64,000 nucleotides of DNA from a virus (lineage: Duplodnaviria; Caudoviricetes): the IMG/VR virus record IMGVR_UViG_3300021400_000134. One strand, 5' to 3'. Below are positions 27,424-39,598 of this stretch, piece after piece. The stretch's first letter is position 1; every line of letters starts with the position of its first letter. Position numbers and translations under genes: made by a program. The notes beneath the pieces are model-generated. The model saw only the letters and a list, made by a program, of their open reading frames with translations. It ran no database searches and had not been told where the DNA came from.

Positions 27424-29196
27424 ATGGCACTTCAAGATTTATTAGAGCTTTCGCAAGACCGAAAGAAGATTGGCTTATCTGAAGAACGTATTCAAGTGAT
27501 TAAGCCATACTTAACACAGTATATTGCCTTTTGGAGAGAATACCCTGATATGTTTGTGGACTTTCTCCAAACTGGTAGAGATGGAGAGATACCTGAAAAT
27601 GGTTTAAAGTTTTTCTTCTATCAAAGAGTATTCTTGCGTGCGGCAATGCGTTATAAATATGTTTACATGGTATTTCCTCGTGCGTATTCAAAATCATTCT
27701 TATCAGTGCTCGTGTTAATGTGCCGATGTGTTTTATATCCAAGAGCGAAATTATTCGTTACTTCTGGTGGTAAAGAACAGGCAGCAGGTATTGTTAAAGA
27801 AAAGGTTAATGAAATATGTACTCTTGTTCCAGCATTTGACAGAGAATTAGACCGACGTCCTGGTAAAACAAGAGAAGGAAAAGACTATGTATGTTATATG
27901 TTCAAGAATGGTTCATTCTTTGATAACATTGCGGCAAGTGAGAAATCAAGAGGTAAACGTCGTCATGGTGGATTAGTAGAAGAGTGTGTCGGTGTTGATG
28001 GTACTATTCTATCAGAAGTTATTATCCCAACCATGAACGTTTCAAGATTATGTATGGATGGTACAATGCATCCAGAAGAAACCTTAAATAAATCTCAAAT
28101 TTTTGTAACCACTGCTGGTTATAAAAATACATTCGCCTATGATAAATTGATACAGTTCCTTGTTTGGATGGTTACCGAACCTGAGAAGGCTATTATCATG
28201 GGTGGCACCTTTCGCATTCCAGTATTAACTGGATTATTAGATAAAAACTTTATTCAAGACCTTAAACGAGATGGCACATTCAATGAAGCCTCATTTGAAC
28301 GTGAATATGAGTCAAGATGAAGTGGTACTGTTGCGGATGCTTTCTTTAATGGAGAAGCATTTGATAGAAATAGGTCTTTACAAAAACCAGAGTATGAACA
28401 TTCTGGTCGTTCGACTTTACAGAGTTATTATATATTATCAATGGACGTTGCGAGAAAAAATACTGGTAAAGATGGCTGCGATAGCGTCATTACCATTTTT
28501 AAAGTAACGCCGCAAAACTATGGAGAAGTATCAGTAAAATCTCTTGTTAATCTATACACTTTAACTAATATGCATTTTGAAGACCAGGCAATTTGAGCAA
28601 AACGTCTATTCTATAAATATAAAGCAAGACGTATTGTAATTGATGCCAACGGTCTTGGTATTGGTTTAGTAGATTATATGGTTAAACGTCAAACAGACCC
28701 AGTAACTGGGGACGAATATCCAGATTTTGGAGTTGAGAATGATGAAGATGGATATTATAAGAGATTTAAGACTGGGGAAACTGAACAAGAGGCCATGTAT
28801 TTAATTAAAGCAAATGCGCCAATTAATACGGAAGCGCACTCCAATGTTCAGACACAACTTACTTCTGGAAAGTTAAAATTCTTAATAGATGAACGTATTG
28901 CAAAAAATAAGTTATTAGGAACTCAAAAAGGTAAACAAATGACACCAGAAGAAAGGGCAGAATACTTAAAACCATACACCTTAACTTCTATATTAAAAGA
29001 GGAGATGTTAAATCTTCGTGAAGAAAATGAAGGTATTAACATTATCTTAAAGCAAGCTAATCGTGGAATAAGAAAAGATAAATTTTCAGCATTTGAATAT
29101 GGATTATATTATATCAAACAGGTAGAAGACAGTAAGAAGAGAAAACATAAGAAATTTAATGCTGCGGAATGACGATTTAGTTCACACATTGGATAA
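27424..29196 (+). CDS. terL: terminase large subunit, 590 aa (TGA=Trp x3)
   Basis: Walker A-like FPRAYSKS, RGKRR..GLVEE, VTTAG, FEREYESR-W-SG, nuclease motifs YILSMDVAR, IVIDANGLG, KDKFSA; TGA at 28318, 28594, 29170. Confidence 0.9.
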
Positions 29197-29207
29197 GGAG
29201 AATAATT

Positions 29208-29567
29208 ATGAGAGCAAGTAGAGGAGAAATTAAAATAGAAGAGATATTGACAGAAGCAGGACTAAATTTCAAAATGGAGTTATCTTTTGAAGGATTAAAT
29301 AGTTCAAATGGTAAGCCATTGCGTTTTGACTTTGCGGTTTTTGACGATGATGGCAACCTTGATTTTTTAATTGAGTATCAAGGTAGACAGCATTATGAAC
29401 CTAGTAGTAAGTTTGGTGGAAAGAAAGGTTTTTATCAACAGCAATTTAATGATGCGAAAAAACGTAGATTTTGCCAACTACATGATATAAAGTTAATAGA
29501 AATCCCATATACCGATGAAAATCTTATTGATTACGATTATATAATAAATAAAGCATACGGAAAATAA
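29208..29567 (+). CDS. Vsr/DUF559-like PD-(D/E)XK endonuclease
   Basis: LRFDFAV...LIEYQGRQHY...DAKKRRFC..HDIKLIEIPY. Confidence 0.75.
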   Translation: MRASRGEIKIEEILTEAGLNFKMELSFEGLNSSNGKPLRFDFAVFDDDGNLDFLIEYQGRQHYEPSSKFGGKKGFYQQQFNDAKKRRFCQLHDIKLIEIPYTDENLIDYDYIINKAYGK

Positions 29568-29579
29568 GGAGGTGGAGCT

Positions 29580-31172
29580 TTGGATAAACAAGAAAGACAA
29601 GAAGCCATTAGAGAAAAAGGCTTCGATATGAATGGCGCCGCTGACTATGGGAAAATAAAAGTAGGTATTAAAACTCTTGAAGATGCGATTATTGACCTAG
29701 GCTTTTATAAAAAAGTCGAAGGAAGACATTGCTTCGATAAAAGAATGATAATGCGTGCGATTATTGATAAAGATTATCGTGCTATTAAGATTATCTCTGA
29801 TTATTTTTATAGAACAAATGGTATATATCAAAGAATTGTAAACTATTATGCAACTATGTATCGTTGAGACTGGTACATTACTCCAAATATTTATGATGAA
29901 AAAATTTTAGAAAGTGATAAAGAGTGTTTAAAAATAACAAATGAGTTTTTTAAAGCACTGGATTATTTAGATAACACCCATATTAAAAAGTTATGCGGAG
30001 ATATCGCTTTAAAGGTTATTAAGTACGGTGTTTGTTATGGCTATATTATAGAAGGCGATAAAGGTATTTTATTCCAAGAGTTGCCATCAGAATATTGCCG
30101 CTGCCGCTACTATATTAATAATCTACCTGCCATAGAATTTAATATGGCATATTTTGATGAAAAGTTTAGGGATATTAATTACCGTATGCGTGTATTAAAG
30201 ATGTTCCCTAAAGATTTCCAAAAAGGCTATCTTTTATATAAAGAAAGAAAGCTTCAGCCTGATTTCCAAGGAGATATTGGATGTTGGTATTTATTAGACC
30301 CAGGATATGCGGTTAAATTTAGTTTAGCTGGTGCTGGTGATATGCCATTGTTTATTAATGTTATTCCATATCTACTTGACCTTGACGCAGCTCAAGACCT
30401 CGACCGCCGCAAGCAGATGCAGGATTTATTAAAGATTATCGTACAGAAGCTTCCAATAGATAAGAATGGTGATTTAATCTTTGATGTTGATGAAGCTAGA
30501 GATATTCATAATAATGCGGTTGCGATGTTACAACATTCTGTTGGAACAGATATTATTACAACATTTGCGGATATTGATTCTATTGATTTGTCTGACGCAA
30601 GAAATGTTGATAATGATGATTTGGAAAGAGTTGAACGTACAGTTTATAATGCAGCTGGTGTGCCGAAGAATTTATTTAATTCAGATGGTAATATTGCTTT
30701 AACTAGTTCAATTTTGCAGGATGAAGGCGTTATGAGAGACCTTAAGTTGCAATTCGAAATTTTATTTGATACAATAATTCAGAGAAGAGTCAAGAGTAAA
30801 AAGAAATTTAATTTTAGATATTATATTTTAGATACTACACAATATAATTATAAAGAATTATCAAAGATGTATAAAGAACAAATGCAGATTGGTTATGGTA
30901 AGATGTTTGCGCAGATTGCTCTTGGACATTCACAAAATTCTATTATGAGTACAGCGTACTTTGAAAATTCTGTATTAGGATTAAGTGAAATCATGGTACC
31001 ACCTATGATGTCATCTACTATTGGTAGTGAAGATATTCAAAACTTGGGCAAAAAGAATAAATCTGGTAATGGCAATCAGCAAACTAATACAGAAGGAGAA
31101 ACTGGAAGACCTCAAAAGGAAACTACAGAATTATCCGACAAGACAATTGCAAATAGAGAAAGTATGAAGTAG
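29580..31172 (+). CDS. portal protein, 530 aa (TGA=Trp x1)
   Basis: In-frame fusion across TGA 29865; size and position between TerL and protease. Confidence 0.75.
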
Positions 31173-31183
31173 GAGGAGTTAAA

Positions 31184-32458
31184 ATGCATGAAAGTATAGC
31201 AATAGATTCTCCTATTGAGATTGTTGATGTTTCGCCCACTTTAAATCCTCTTATTTCAAAATGTCAGATTAAGGTTTGCTATGTTGGCGATGAACCAAAC
31301 CGCAATGGTAGTGTTATTACAAAAGCTGTTGCGACAGAAATGGCAAAGAGCTTACCTGGATGCCCTATTGTTGGGTATTACAATGAAAATACAGAAGATT
31401 TTGAGGCTCATAATCAAAGCATCGATATCCGCAATGGAGAATGGAATTTTAAAGATACGACTCAGCCTTATGGATTCGTTGATTTAAATGCAAAAGTATG
31501 GTTTCAAAAATTCTCAGACGAGGGAGTTGAGCATGAATATCTAATGACTGAAGGATATTTATGAACAGAACAATTCCCTGAAGCAAAAAGAGTTATTTCC
31601 AAAGGCAATAACCAATCTATGGAATTATATGAACCTGCTTTAAAGGGATTTTGGTCAGAAAGTGATAATGAAGGATATAGTTTCTTTATTATAAATGAAG
31701 CAATAATCTCTAAACTTTGTATTCTTGGAGAGGATGTAGAGCCTTGCTTCGAGGGTTCTCAAATTACAAGAGTACAGTTCTCGTTTGAACCAAGTTTCCA
31801 GCAGAAGATTTTAAATATGATGGAGCAGGTTAAAGAGATGAAAGAAGAAGGAGGGACAGATTCTGTGGAAGAAGTAAAAGCACCTGAAATGGAAGAAGAA
31901 GTTTTAGATAACGAAGAAGAAAAACCAGAAGAAGAAGCTCCTGCAGAACCTGAAGTTGAAGAAACTCCAGAAGAAGAAGCAGAAGAAGCTCCAGCTGAAG
32001 CCGAAGAGGAAAAGCAGGAAGACGAGCAACCTGAAGAAGAATCTGAGGACGAAAGCGTTAAATATAATCTTGATGACATTCAAGAATATATAGAACTAAA
32101 GTCTCAATATGAAGAATTGAAGACACAGTTCGACAATATGAAAGCTGATTATGATAAACTTGTAGAGTTCAAGACAGTTACTGACCGCAAGGAAAAGCAG
32201 TCAATGATTGATAGCTTCTACATGTTATCAGAAGAAGATAAAAAAGATGTTATTGAAAACATTGACAAATATAGTGTTGATGAAATCGAAGCAAAGCTTT
32301 CTGTAATTTGTGTTCGTAACAAGGTTAGTTTTGATCTTGATGAAGATAAAGAAGTAGATGCACCAACAGTATTCAATCTAGAGAATGATGGCATTGAAGA
32401 CGATATGGTTCCTGCTTGGATCAAGGCTGCTATGGCTACGAAAAAAGAGATGGAATAA
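31184..32458 (+). CDS. prohead protease/scaffold, 424 aa (TGA=Trp x1)
   Basis: NRNGS, PIVGYY, H, GYL-W-T, QSMEL, LCILG.DVEPCF, then an acidic coiled-coil scaffold. Confidence 0.8.
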
Positions 32459-32475
32459 TAGGAGGAAGACAGTAA

Positions 32476-33201
32476 ATGGCTAGAACAAGATTAAGTGAAA
32501 AAGCCACATATGTCGCTCGCGGCTATGGTCAGGTTGAACCAAACCACCTTTCAGCTCAAAAAACTGCTCAAATCTATGCTCAATTACCAGCAGCTGCTGA
32601 TATTGACATTTTAGAAAATGGCCAGTTTGCAACATATAACTATGCTGCTGAAGATGGCGGAGCAGTAGACTTTGAAGGCAAAGGCGAGTGGATGATGGTC
32701 TTTAATGAGATCAAGCTATATCGTGACTTTGAACAGGATTGCGATTTCGCAATGAAGAAAGAAGATTATGTTGCTCGTGTATACAGCCCAATTGATGGAA
32801 CACAGCCACTAACAGAATGGCAGGCTCGTTTCTACGGAGCTAAGGATAGTGAAGGTAATGACAACGCTGAACGTGTTGCTAAGTCAGCTTCTCCTTATGA
32901 AGTAGATTCTACAGATGATCCATTCCATGTAGTAGAAAACTACAAAAAGCCAAAGTTTATGCCAGAAGGAACAAGAATGGTTCCTCGTCTTTTCAAGATT
33001 AATATTGGCGATATTTGGACAACAAATACAATTGCTGCTGAACCAGGTAGCCTAAAAGTTGGCGATATGTTAACACCAGGCGCTGATGGTTATCTTGCAC
33101 CAGGTGAAGGCGCAGATGAACTTCACCCAACAATGCAGGTTGTAAAGGTTTACACAATGCCTGATATGCAGCCTGGCGTAAAGGTTATGCGCGTTAAGTA
33201 A
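32476..33201 (+). CDS. capsid-associated (decoration/minor capsid) protein
   Basis: Between scaffold and MCP; GYGQVEPNHL, GDIWTTN; high-expression codon style; no TGA. Confidence 0.6.
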   Translation: MARTRLSEKATYVARGYGQVEPNHLSAQKTAQIYAQLPAAADIDILENGQFATYNYAAEDGGAVDFEGKGEWMMVFNEIKLYRDFEQDCDFAMKKEDYVARVYSPIDGTQPLTEWQARFYGAKDSEGNDNAERVAKSASPYEVDSTDDPFHVVENYKKPKFMPEGTRMVPRLFKINIGDIWTTNTIAAEPGSLKVGDMLTPGADGYLAPGEGADELHPTMQVVKVYTMPDMQPGVKVMRVK

Positions 33202-33219
33202 TAGGAAAGGAGTAAGGAA

Positions 33220-34341
33220 ATGTTAGATAAGAAAAATTTTATTGCATTAGCTAAGACTGTAGCTAAGGCTGATCCTAAAGCTCCTAAAGCGTATAGCTAT
33301 AATGGACAGGATTTCAGCTATGCTGAACTTAACGAAACACTTCGTAATGAGTTCAAAGAGATTGCTGGAACATACCAGTTATATCGTGAAAATAAGAATT
33401 TAGTATTCTCTATTATTGAAGAAACATTAAATGATGTTCTTCCTAAGAGAGTTGTACAGAACTATGGACAGTTCGCAGAAGTTAAGACTTTTGCTCAGGG
33501 CGATAAGCCAATGTTCCGTAGAAAGATTGATGGCACAAATCGTGCTAAGCAGTTCATTACAAGAGTAGGACTTGCAGGTAACTATGAAGTCTTCAAGCTT
33601 GCTAAGACTTCTGAAAGCTTCGAAGTTCCAACAAGTGCTATTGGCGGAGCTGCACAGATTGGATTCGAAGAATTCCTTGATGGTCGTGCTGATTTTGCTG
33701 AACTTACAAACATCGTAATGGAAGGTATGGATGACCTTGTTTACGAAGAAATTGGTAAGGCTCTTGAAGGTGCTATTAACCAGCTTCCTGCAATGAACCG
33801 TGTTGTTGCTAATGGATTTGATGCAGCTTCATTTGATGAACTAGTTCGTCTTGCTGAATCATATGGTAATGTAACAATTTACTGCACAAACGAATTCGCT
33901 GTTAAGATGATCCCTCAGGAAGCTTGGAGATACACAGAAGCTATGAAGGATGAACTCTATAGAACAGGTCGTTTAAGCGGATATAGAGATAAGAATGTTG
34001 TTATCCTTCCAAATGCTTACAAGGATATCATCGAAGGTAAAGAAAAGGTTATCGACCCATCATTCTGCTGGATTATTCCATCAGGTGCTGACATGAAACC
34101 TGTTAAGGTTGCTTTCGAAGGCGACACTCTTGTTGATGAAAGAGCAAATCGTGACTGGAGCCGTGAAATCCAGGTCTACAAGAAGGTTGGCGTAGTTTGC
34201 ATGATGAATAATGCAATGTGCGTTTATAAGGATACTTCATTATCTAAGGAAGGCTCATTCCAGCTTGCAGACACAGTTAAGAACGTTGTTGTTGTTGACG
34301 GCGGCGAAGGCTCAAGCGCACCAGAACCAGTAAATCCGTAA
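33220..34341 (+). CDS. major capsid protein
   Basis: 373 aa; position; biased codons; terminator hairpin 34371-34409; no TGA. Confidence 0.8.
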   Translation: MLDKKNFIALAKTVAKADPKAPKAYSYNGQDFSYAELNETLRNEFKEIAGTYQLYRENKNLVFSIIEETLNDVLPKRVVQNYGQFAEVKTFAQGDKPMFRRKIDGTNRAKQFITRVGLAGNYEVFKLAKTSESFEVPTSAIGGAAQIGFEEFLDGRADFAELTNIVMEGMDDLVYEEIGKALEGAINQLPAMNRVVANGFDAASFDELVRLAESYGNVTIYCTNEFAVKMIPQEAWRYTEAMKDELYRTGRLSGYRDKNVVILPNAYKDIIEGKEKVIDPSFCWIIPSGADMKPVKVAFEGDTLVDERANRDWSREIQVYKKVGVVCMMNNAMCVYKDTSLSKEGSFQLADTVKNVVVVDGGEGSSAPEPVNP

Positions 34342-34440
34342 TACTGGGAACTAATTATAATATAAAAGGATAAAGGGGAGTAGGGGTAAATCCCCTCTCC
34401 CCTTATTTTCATTAAATGGAGAAAAAGGAGATTGTTATAT

Positions 34441-35019
34441 ATGGCAGATTTAGTAGTAGTTGAAAATAGGGCCGCTGGTAAAATTGTATATCGAATTCCA
34501 GATAGAGGTATCCGTAGAGAACTTGCGCCAAGACAGGCTATTAGAGTTCCAAAGGAAGAGATTGAAGCATTATCCTATACTGAAGGCGGACTTGACTTAA
34601 TCAGAAACCACCTCTTGGTAAAAGATGAACAGATTTTAGATGATTTAAATATTCATAGAGAACCTGAGTATTATATGAATGCTGATAATGTCGCCAAACT
34701 TATTAAAGAGGGTAGCTTAAATGAATTTAAGGATGCTTTAGATTTTGCGCCAGATGGTGTTGTTGATATGATTAAAGATTTAAGCGTTCAAATTCCTTTA
34801 AATGATTTCTCAAAGAGACAGGCTCTTAAAGAAATGACTGGATTTGATGTAGATGCGGCAATTGCTCACGATAGAGAGAATAGAGCTGCGGACGGTGATG
34901 AAGCGGTTGCGGCACCAGCACCAAAGACACGTAGAGTCCAGACAACTGGCCGTAGAAGTGCTGGAGGAGTTGCAGCTGAAGCGGTCGCCGCAAACAAACC
35001 TAAGATTATTAAAAAGTAA
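34441..35019 (+). CDS. hypothetical virion-associated protein
   Basis: ORF directly after the MCP. Confidence 0.7.
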   Translation: MADLVVVENRAAGKIVYRIPDRGIRRELAPRQAIRVPKEEIEALSYTEGGLDLIRNHLLVKDEQILDDLNIHREPEYYMNADNVAKLIKEGSLNEFKDALDFAPDGVVDMIKDLSVQIPLNDFSKRQALKEMTGFDVDAAIAHDRENRAADGDEAVAAPAPKTRRVQTTGRRSAGGVAAEAVAANKPKIIKK

Positions 35020-35044
35020 TTTATAAGAGAAAGGAGAATATATT

Positions 35045-35641
35045 ATGGGAACTCAGTTCACAGATATATATAATCGCTTTCTTGGTAAAATCACAGATGA
35101 TATGTACATGGAATTAACTCCAGAAGACACAATGAGGGACTTAAGGTCCCTTTTAATTGATGCAATTCCAGGGTTTGAATTTCCTCGTAAGATACTAGAT
35201 GATTTTTCTATCGAAACTTTAGTTGTTAGAGAAGATGCGGTAGAAGAAGGGGATTTTGTTATTGGAGTTGTTTGAAATACTCCTGACGAAGAAGAGGATG
35301 ATGGAATTCCAGACGTATATATTGAACGCTCGCATTTTAATGTAGATTTAACGAGTGAAGAGATTAATATTCTTGCTTTACTAATGATGTGCGGTTGGCT
35401 TCAACGCCAAGTCACATCTATTGAAAATACTCGCATGAAATACAGCGGGTCAGATTTTAAATTTACCTCCCAAGCCAATCATCTTGCCAAACTATTAAAT
35501 TTATTGTCAGAATGCCAGAGACAATCATTCCATATGCAGCGTCTTTATAAGCGCAGACGCATCAACAGTGATGGATATATTGAATCCAACTGGGATGTTT
35601 TGAGAAATGGAATCTTTGGTGACTACGAAGTTAGGCATTAA
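35045..35641 (+). CDS. head-tail connector-like protein, 198 aa (TGA=Trp x1)
   Basis: In-frame fusion across TGA 35273; FTDIYNRFL.KITD, FNVDLT.EEI.ILA, DFKFTSQANHL. Confidence 0.7.
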
Positions 35642-35924
35642 TATTCCTGAGAGTTGTTTTAAGTCTGATATAAATAGACTTACAAATCAACTCTGGAAGT
35701 TAATTCCGATGAAAGAAAATGGAGAAAATTGATTAGAACAACTAAATACTGTTTTGATTGAAATTAGGGGATTATCAGAGATGTTTGCTTCAAATGATAA
35801 GTTTCTAATTCTTTTAAGTAAACTTGAGGGTTTACGAGTATCAGAGGATTTAGAATTTAGTACATATCGTAAAACAGTATTTGAATCAATTTCTTTATTA
35901 AGGGAGATGCTAAATGCCATATAG
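35619..35924 (+). CDS. 101-aa neck-region protein visible only with TGA=Trp
   Basis: GTG...RLTNQLWKLIPMKENGEN-W-LEQL...LLSKLEGL...YRKTVFESISLL; fills the gap exactly; TGA at 35730. Confidence 0.7.
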
Positions 35925-36906
35925 TACTGATAGGTCTCAATTTTCCGGAATAAATTTAATGGCAAATAGAATAAATTGGCATGGTGGGCAACCACAGCAA
36001 GACCGCATGATTCGAGATAAGCGATGGACATTAGATCATGCTACAAAATATTCTTATCAGGCTGCGAAGATAAAACATACCGATGCGGTTGACCAAGAAC
36101 AAGCGCCGGCATTAATTAATCCTGATAAGACAAAACAAAATTATGATGATAAAATTCTCTCTGTTGGTTATGAATATAGATACCAACCAGGAGATGTTTT
36201 TGATTGAATGAATACTGGTTCAAAATGAATAATTTATTTACAAGACTTAACAGAACTAGCCTATTTTAGAGGTGAGATTCGTCGTTGTAATTATACAGTA
36301 TCTTGGTTAGATGAAAATGGTGAGAAATATACTCAATATTTAGCTGTAAGAGGACCAGTAGAAACAAAGATTAATTTTATTCAAAAGAATGGTATTAGTG
36401 TAGACGAGCCTAACCATTCTCTTGATATTCTAATGACTAAGACTCCAGAAGCTCTGGAATATTTTAGACGTTATGCTAAATTCTATCTAAAAGGGATAGA
36501 CGAACATGATAAAAATACTTGTTGAAGAGTTGAAGCAACTGATAGTATTAGTATGCGCGGGGTGCTTCAAGTTGTTGCGGTAGAATATTATGCAAATGAA
36601 ACTAGAGATGATTTAGAGAACTCTCTTGTGGATGGATTAGTTATTGAGCCAGTTGATCCAAATATGATTGACGAGGATTTTGATAATTTGATTAAAGGTG
36701 AAACATTTATTAAACCGAGACAGGATTATAAGTATTTTTATAGAGGAAATGAGACTTCACAATGGAGTATTGATAAAAAAGTTCCTGTTAAACTAATTCC
36801 GCAAGGTAAGAAAGTTACATTGAAGTGGGATAGTGGTTATAGTGGACAATTTGTATTAAAGTATGGCTCGTCAGAAAAAACCATTGTGGTTGAGTCATTG
36901 TTTTAA
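35914..36906 (+). CDS. head-closure/neck protein, 330 aa (TGA=Trp x3)
   Basis: GDVFD-W-MNTGSK-W-IIY; C-W-RVEATD; TGA at 36205, 36226, 36523. Confidence 0.7.
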
Positions 36907-36924
36907 AGGAGAAAATGGAGTATT

Positions 36925-37545
36925 ATGATAATTAAGAACTATTCAATACCACATTCTTCTTTCATGTCGGTTGATAAAGATTTAGAACTTATTACAACCT
37001 GAATGATGAAGAATAAGAATTTGTGTAAAATTCTATATTACACAGACAGGGATGCTCTTAGTAGACCAGCATTGACTGATAAACAGCGTGCAGAATTGAT
37101 GGGTAAAAATATTAAAATTGTTCCTAAATTATATGTTGATGGTAGTGTTTTAGCATATGTTATCATTTCTATGGATAATTTTACACCAACTGCAAATCCA
37201 CAATTTAGAGATAATATTATTACTTTTGATATTATTTGTCATTTTGACCAATGACATTTACAAGATTTTCAATTGCGTCCTTATCGCATTGCTGCTGAAA
37301 TTGATTCAATGTTTGATAATCAGCATCTAACTGGAATTGGCGAGATGCATTTTATGGGAGCAAGCCAGATTATTCTTAATGACGAATTTGCTGGATTAAC
37401 ATTAATGTATCAAGCGATTCATGGTGGAGAGGATAAGAAAAATGCCCCAAATCCACAAGACAATAAGCAAATGGTTGATGATTTTAATGAACTCTATGAT
37501 CAAGATTTTACACCATTAACTATTTTTAAATCATCGGATGAATAA
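36925..37545 (+). CDS. tail completion/terminator-like protein, 206 aa (TGA=Trp x2)
   Basis: DIICHFDQ-W-HL...LRPYRIA; TGA at 37000 and 37252. Confidence 0.65.
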
Positions 37546-38267
37546 TGAAAGACATTGAACTTGCACTATTCACTGGAGTAGATATTCCTATTCCAGAGTG
37601 TCAGATAATAATTCATCAACCATCAATTAAAGAAATTTCTATGCTTGGTGAAAGATGGTTTTTAACAGGTGTTCAAGTTTTGTGTATAGATAAAGAGCAA
37701 TTTAAGAAGGACAATTCAGATTTATCTAATACTACTAATTTTCAAATATTTATGACAATAATGCATGAGAAAGAGGCTAGAGAAAGTAAAGAGAGCGTAA
37801 TAGAAGCTCTTTCTTTAATAGTTCCTAATTCAAAGGTCACTCTTACTCCAAGGTCATTATTGTTAAATTATAATGGCGCAAACATTATAATAGATGAAGG
37901 AAATTTTGATAGTTTTCAAGAAATCTTACGGCAAGTTTTTTGTTTAAAGAAAAAAGAGGATGATTTTAATCCAGCGAATGCGGCTGCTGCAAAAATCGCA
38001 GAAAAAATTAAAAAAGGTCGAGCTAAGGTAGCGCATTTAAAGGGTGAAGATGTGGGCAGCGTTTATGCACGCTATATATCAGCTTTATCTGTTGGATTAA
38101 AGATTCCAATCAAAGAATTAATAAATTATACAATTTATCAAATAAATGACCAATTAGAGCGTTTTGGATTATGAACTAATTGAGATTTAGATATTCGATC
38201 AAGACTTGCTGGGGCAAAAGGTGACGGCAAGCCTGAAGATTGAATGAGAAATATCCACAAGGATTAA
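37545..38267 (+). CDS. tail-assembly-region protein, 240 aa (TGA=Trp x3)
   Basis: Read-through to TAA 38265 closes the gap to the next SD; LAGAK...W. Confidence 0.65.
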
Positions 38268-38286
38268 AGAAGGAGGAAAAAGCCCA

Positions 38287-39357
38287 ATGAAATATGGTAT
38301 TCGTGACGTCGTTGACGTTGTACTTAGAGCCAAGGGTACAATGGATTTAGGAAACAAGCGTTTCTATAAGAATGAACCAGTATTATATTTTGATACACTT
38401 ACTACTTCAACATTAGAGGGCGCTTCTACCACTGTTTATGCACAGGGCGGTAAAGGTAATGCTCGTTTAATGGCTTGGGAAGGTGAACGTACAGTTACTT
38501 TCACAATGGAAGATGCATTGATTTCTCCAGAAAGTTTATCAGTTCTTACTGGTGCAGGATTAATTGAAGCTTCTGACGAAAAGCCTGTTTATCAGCATAT
38601 CGTTGAAACAACTGATGTTCTTCCAGAAAAAGATGGTAATAACTATGTTATTTATGTAGATAAAGAACCTTTCTTACCAGAACCAGATAGCGGTATTGTT
38701 GAAAATGAAAATTATGCTTGCGTAATGTTTACAAGAGATGGTGAAATTATTTCTGAACCATATATTGTTGATCAAAATGCAGAATCTAAGGCAGTAAAAG
38801 ATGAAGAAACTGGAAAATGGAAGATTATTGTTAATGAACATAAGTGCAATTTTGGTACAGCTAATTGCTTCCCAAAAAAGCCAGATAATTATATTCCATC
38901 AAATATTGAAGCAGACCAGCCATTGGCTAATGGTATTTTAATTGACTATTATCATCCAGTTAAGACTGGTGCAAAACAGATTGAAATTGATGCTGAAAAG
39001 TTTGCTGGTTCTTATTATCTTGAAGGTTCAACTCTTTGGAGAGATACAAATGGTGTAGACCATCCAGCAGAATTTATTATTCCTAACTGCAAGATTCAGT
39101 CTGCATTTACATTTACAATGGCTGCTACTGGTGATCCATCAACATTTACATTTACAATGGATGCATTCCCAGATTATACAAGATTCGATAAGAGTCATAA
39201 AGTCTTTGCCGTTGTTCAAATTATTGAATCTGAAACAACTGCTTCTGATGCTAATAATGACCTACACCGTGGTAAGACATGGCATGGTGGAAAGACTTAT
39301 GCTAGTGATTTAGCTGGTACAAGTGCTGATAACCATGATGACCCAAGTCAGGCATAA
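38287..39357 (+). CDS. major tail (tube) protein
   Basis: KYGIRDV, GGKGN.RL..W, F.MEDAL, FTMAATGDPSTFTFTMD; no TGA. Confidence 0.8.
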   Translation: MKYGIRDVVDVVLRAKGTMDLGNKRFYKNEPVLYFDTLTTSTLEGASTTVYAQGGKGNARLMAWEGERTVTFTMEDALISPESLSVLTGAGLIEASDEKPVYQHIVETTDVLPEKDGNNYVIYVDKEPFLPEPDSGIVENENYACVMFTRDGEIISEPYIVDQNAESKAVKDEETGKWKIIVNEHKCNFGTANCFPKKPDNYIPSNIEADQPLANGILIDYYHPVKTGAKQIEIDAEKFAGSYYLEGSTLWRDTNGVDHPAEFIIPNCKIQSAFTFTMAATGDPSTFTFTMDAFPDYTRFDKSHKVFAVVQIIESETTASDANNDLHRGKTWHGGKTYASDLAGTSADNHDDPSQA

Positions 39358-39370
39358 GAGGTAAGTAATC

Positions 39371-39559
39371 ATGTTTACTCGCTCTAAGAAAGTAAGTAGA
39401 AAGATGGTTGCAAAACCAGCTACTATTAAGATTATTAAACCAGAACAGAGCGAAAGAAAAGAAGAAGCTTTAGACTTATCTAAGGCTAAAATTACTATTA
39501 TTAAGCCTGAAGCTGGTTTAAAGATTATGGTTGAAGAAAATGAAGGGAAGGACGAATAG
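39371..39559 (+). CDS. small hypothetical protein with repeated KI.IIKPE
   Basis: GAGGT SD; terminator 39544-39574. Confidence 0.5.
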   Translation: MFTRSKKVSRKMVAKPATIKIIKPEQSERKEEALDLSKAKITIIKPEAGLKIMVEENEGKDE

Positions 39560-39598
39560 TCCTTCCCTTTTTTTGCTTAGGTAAGAGGTGATAAAAAT

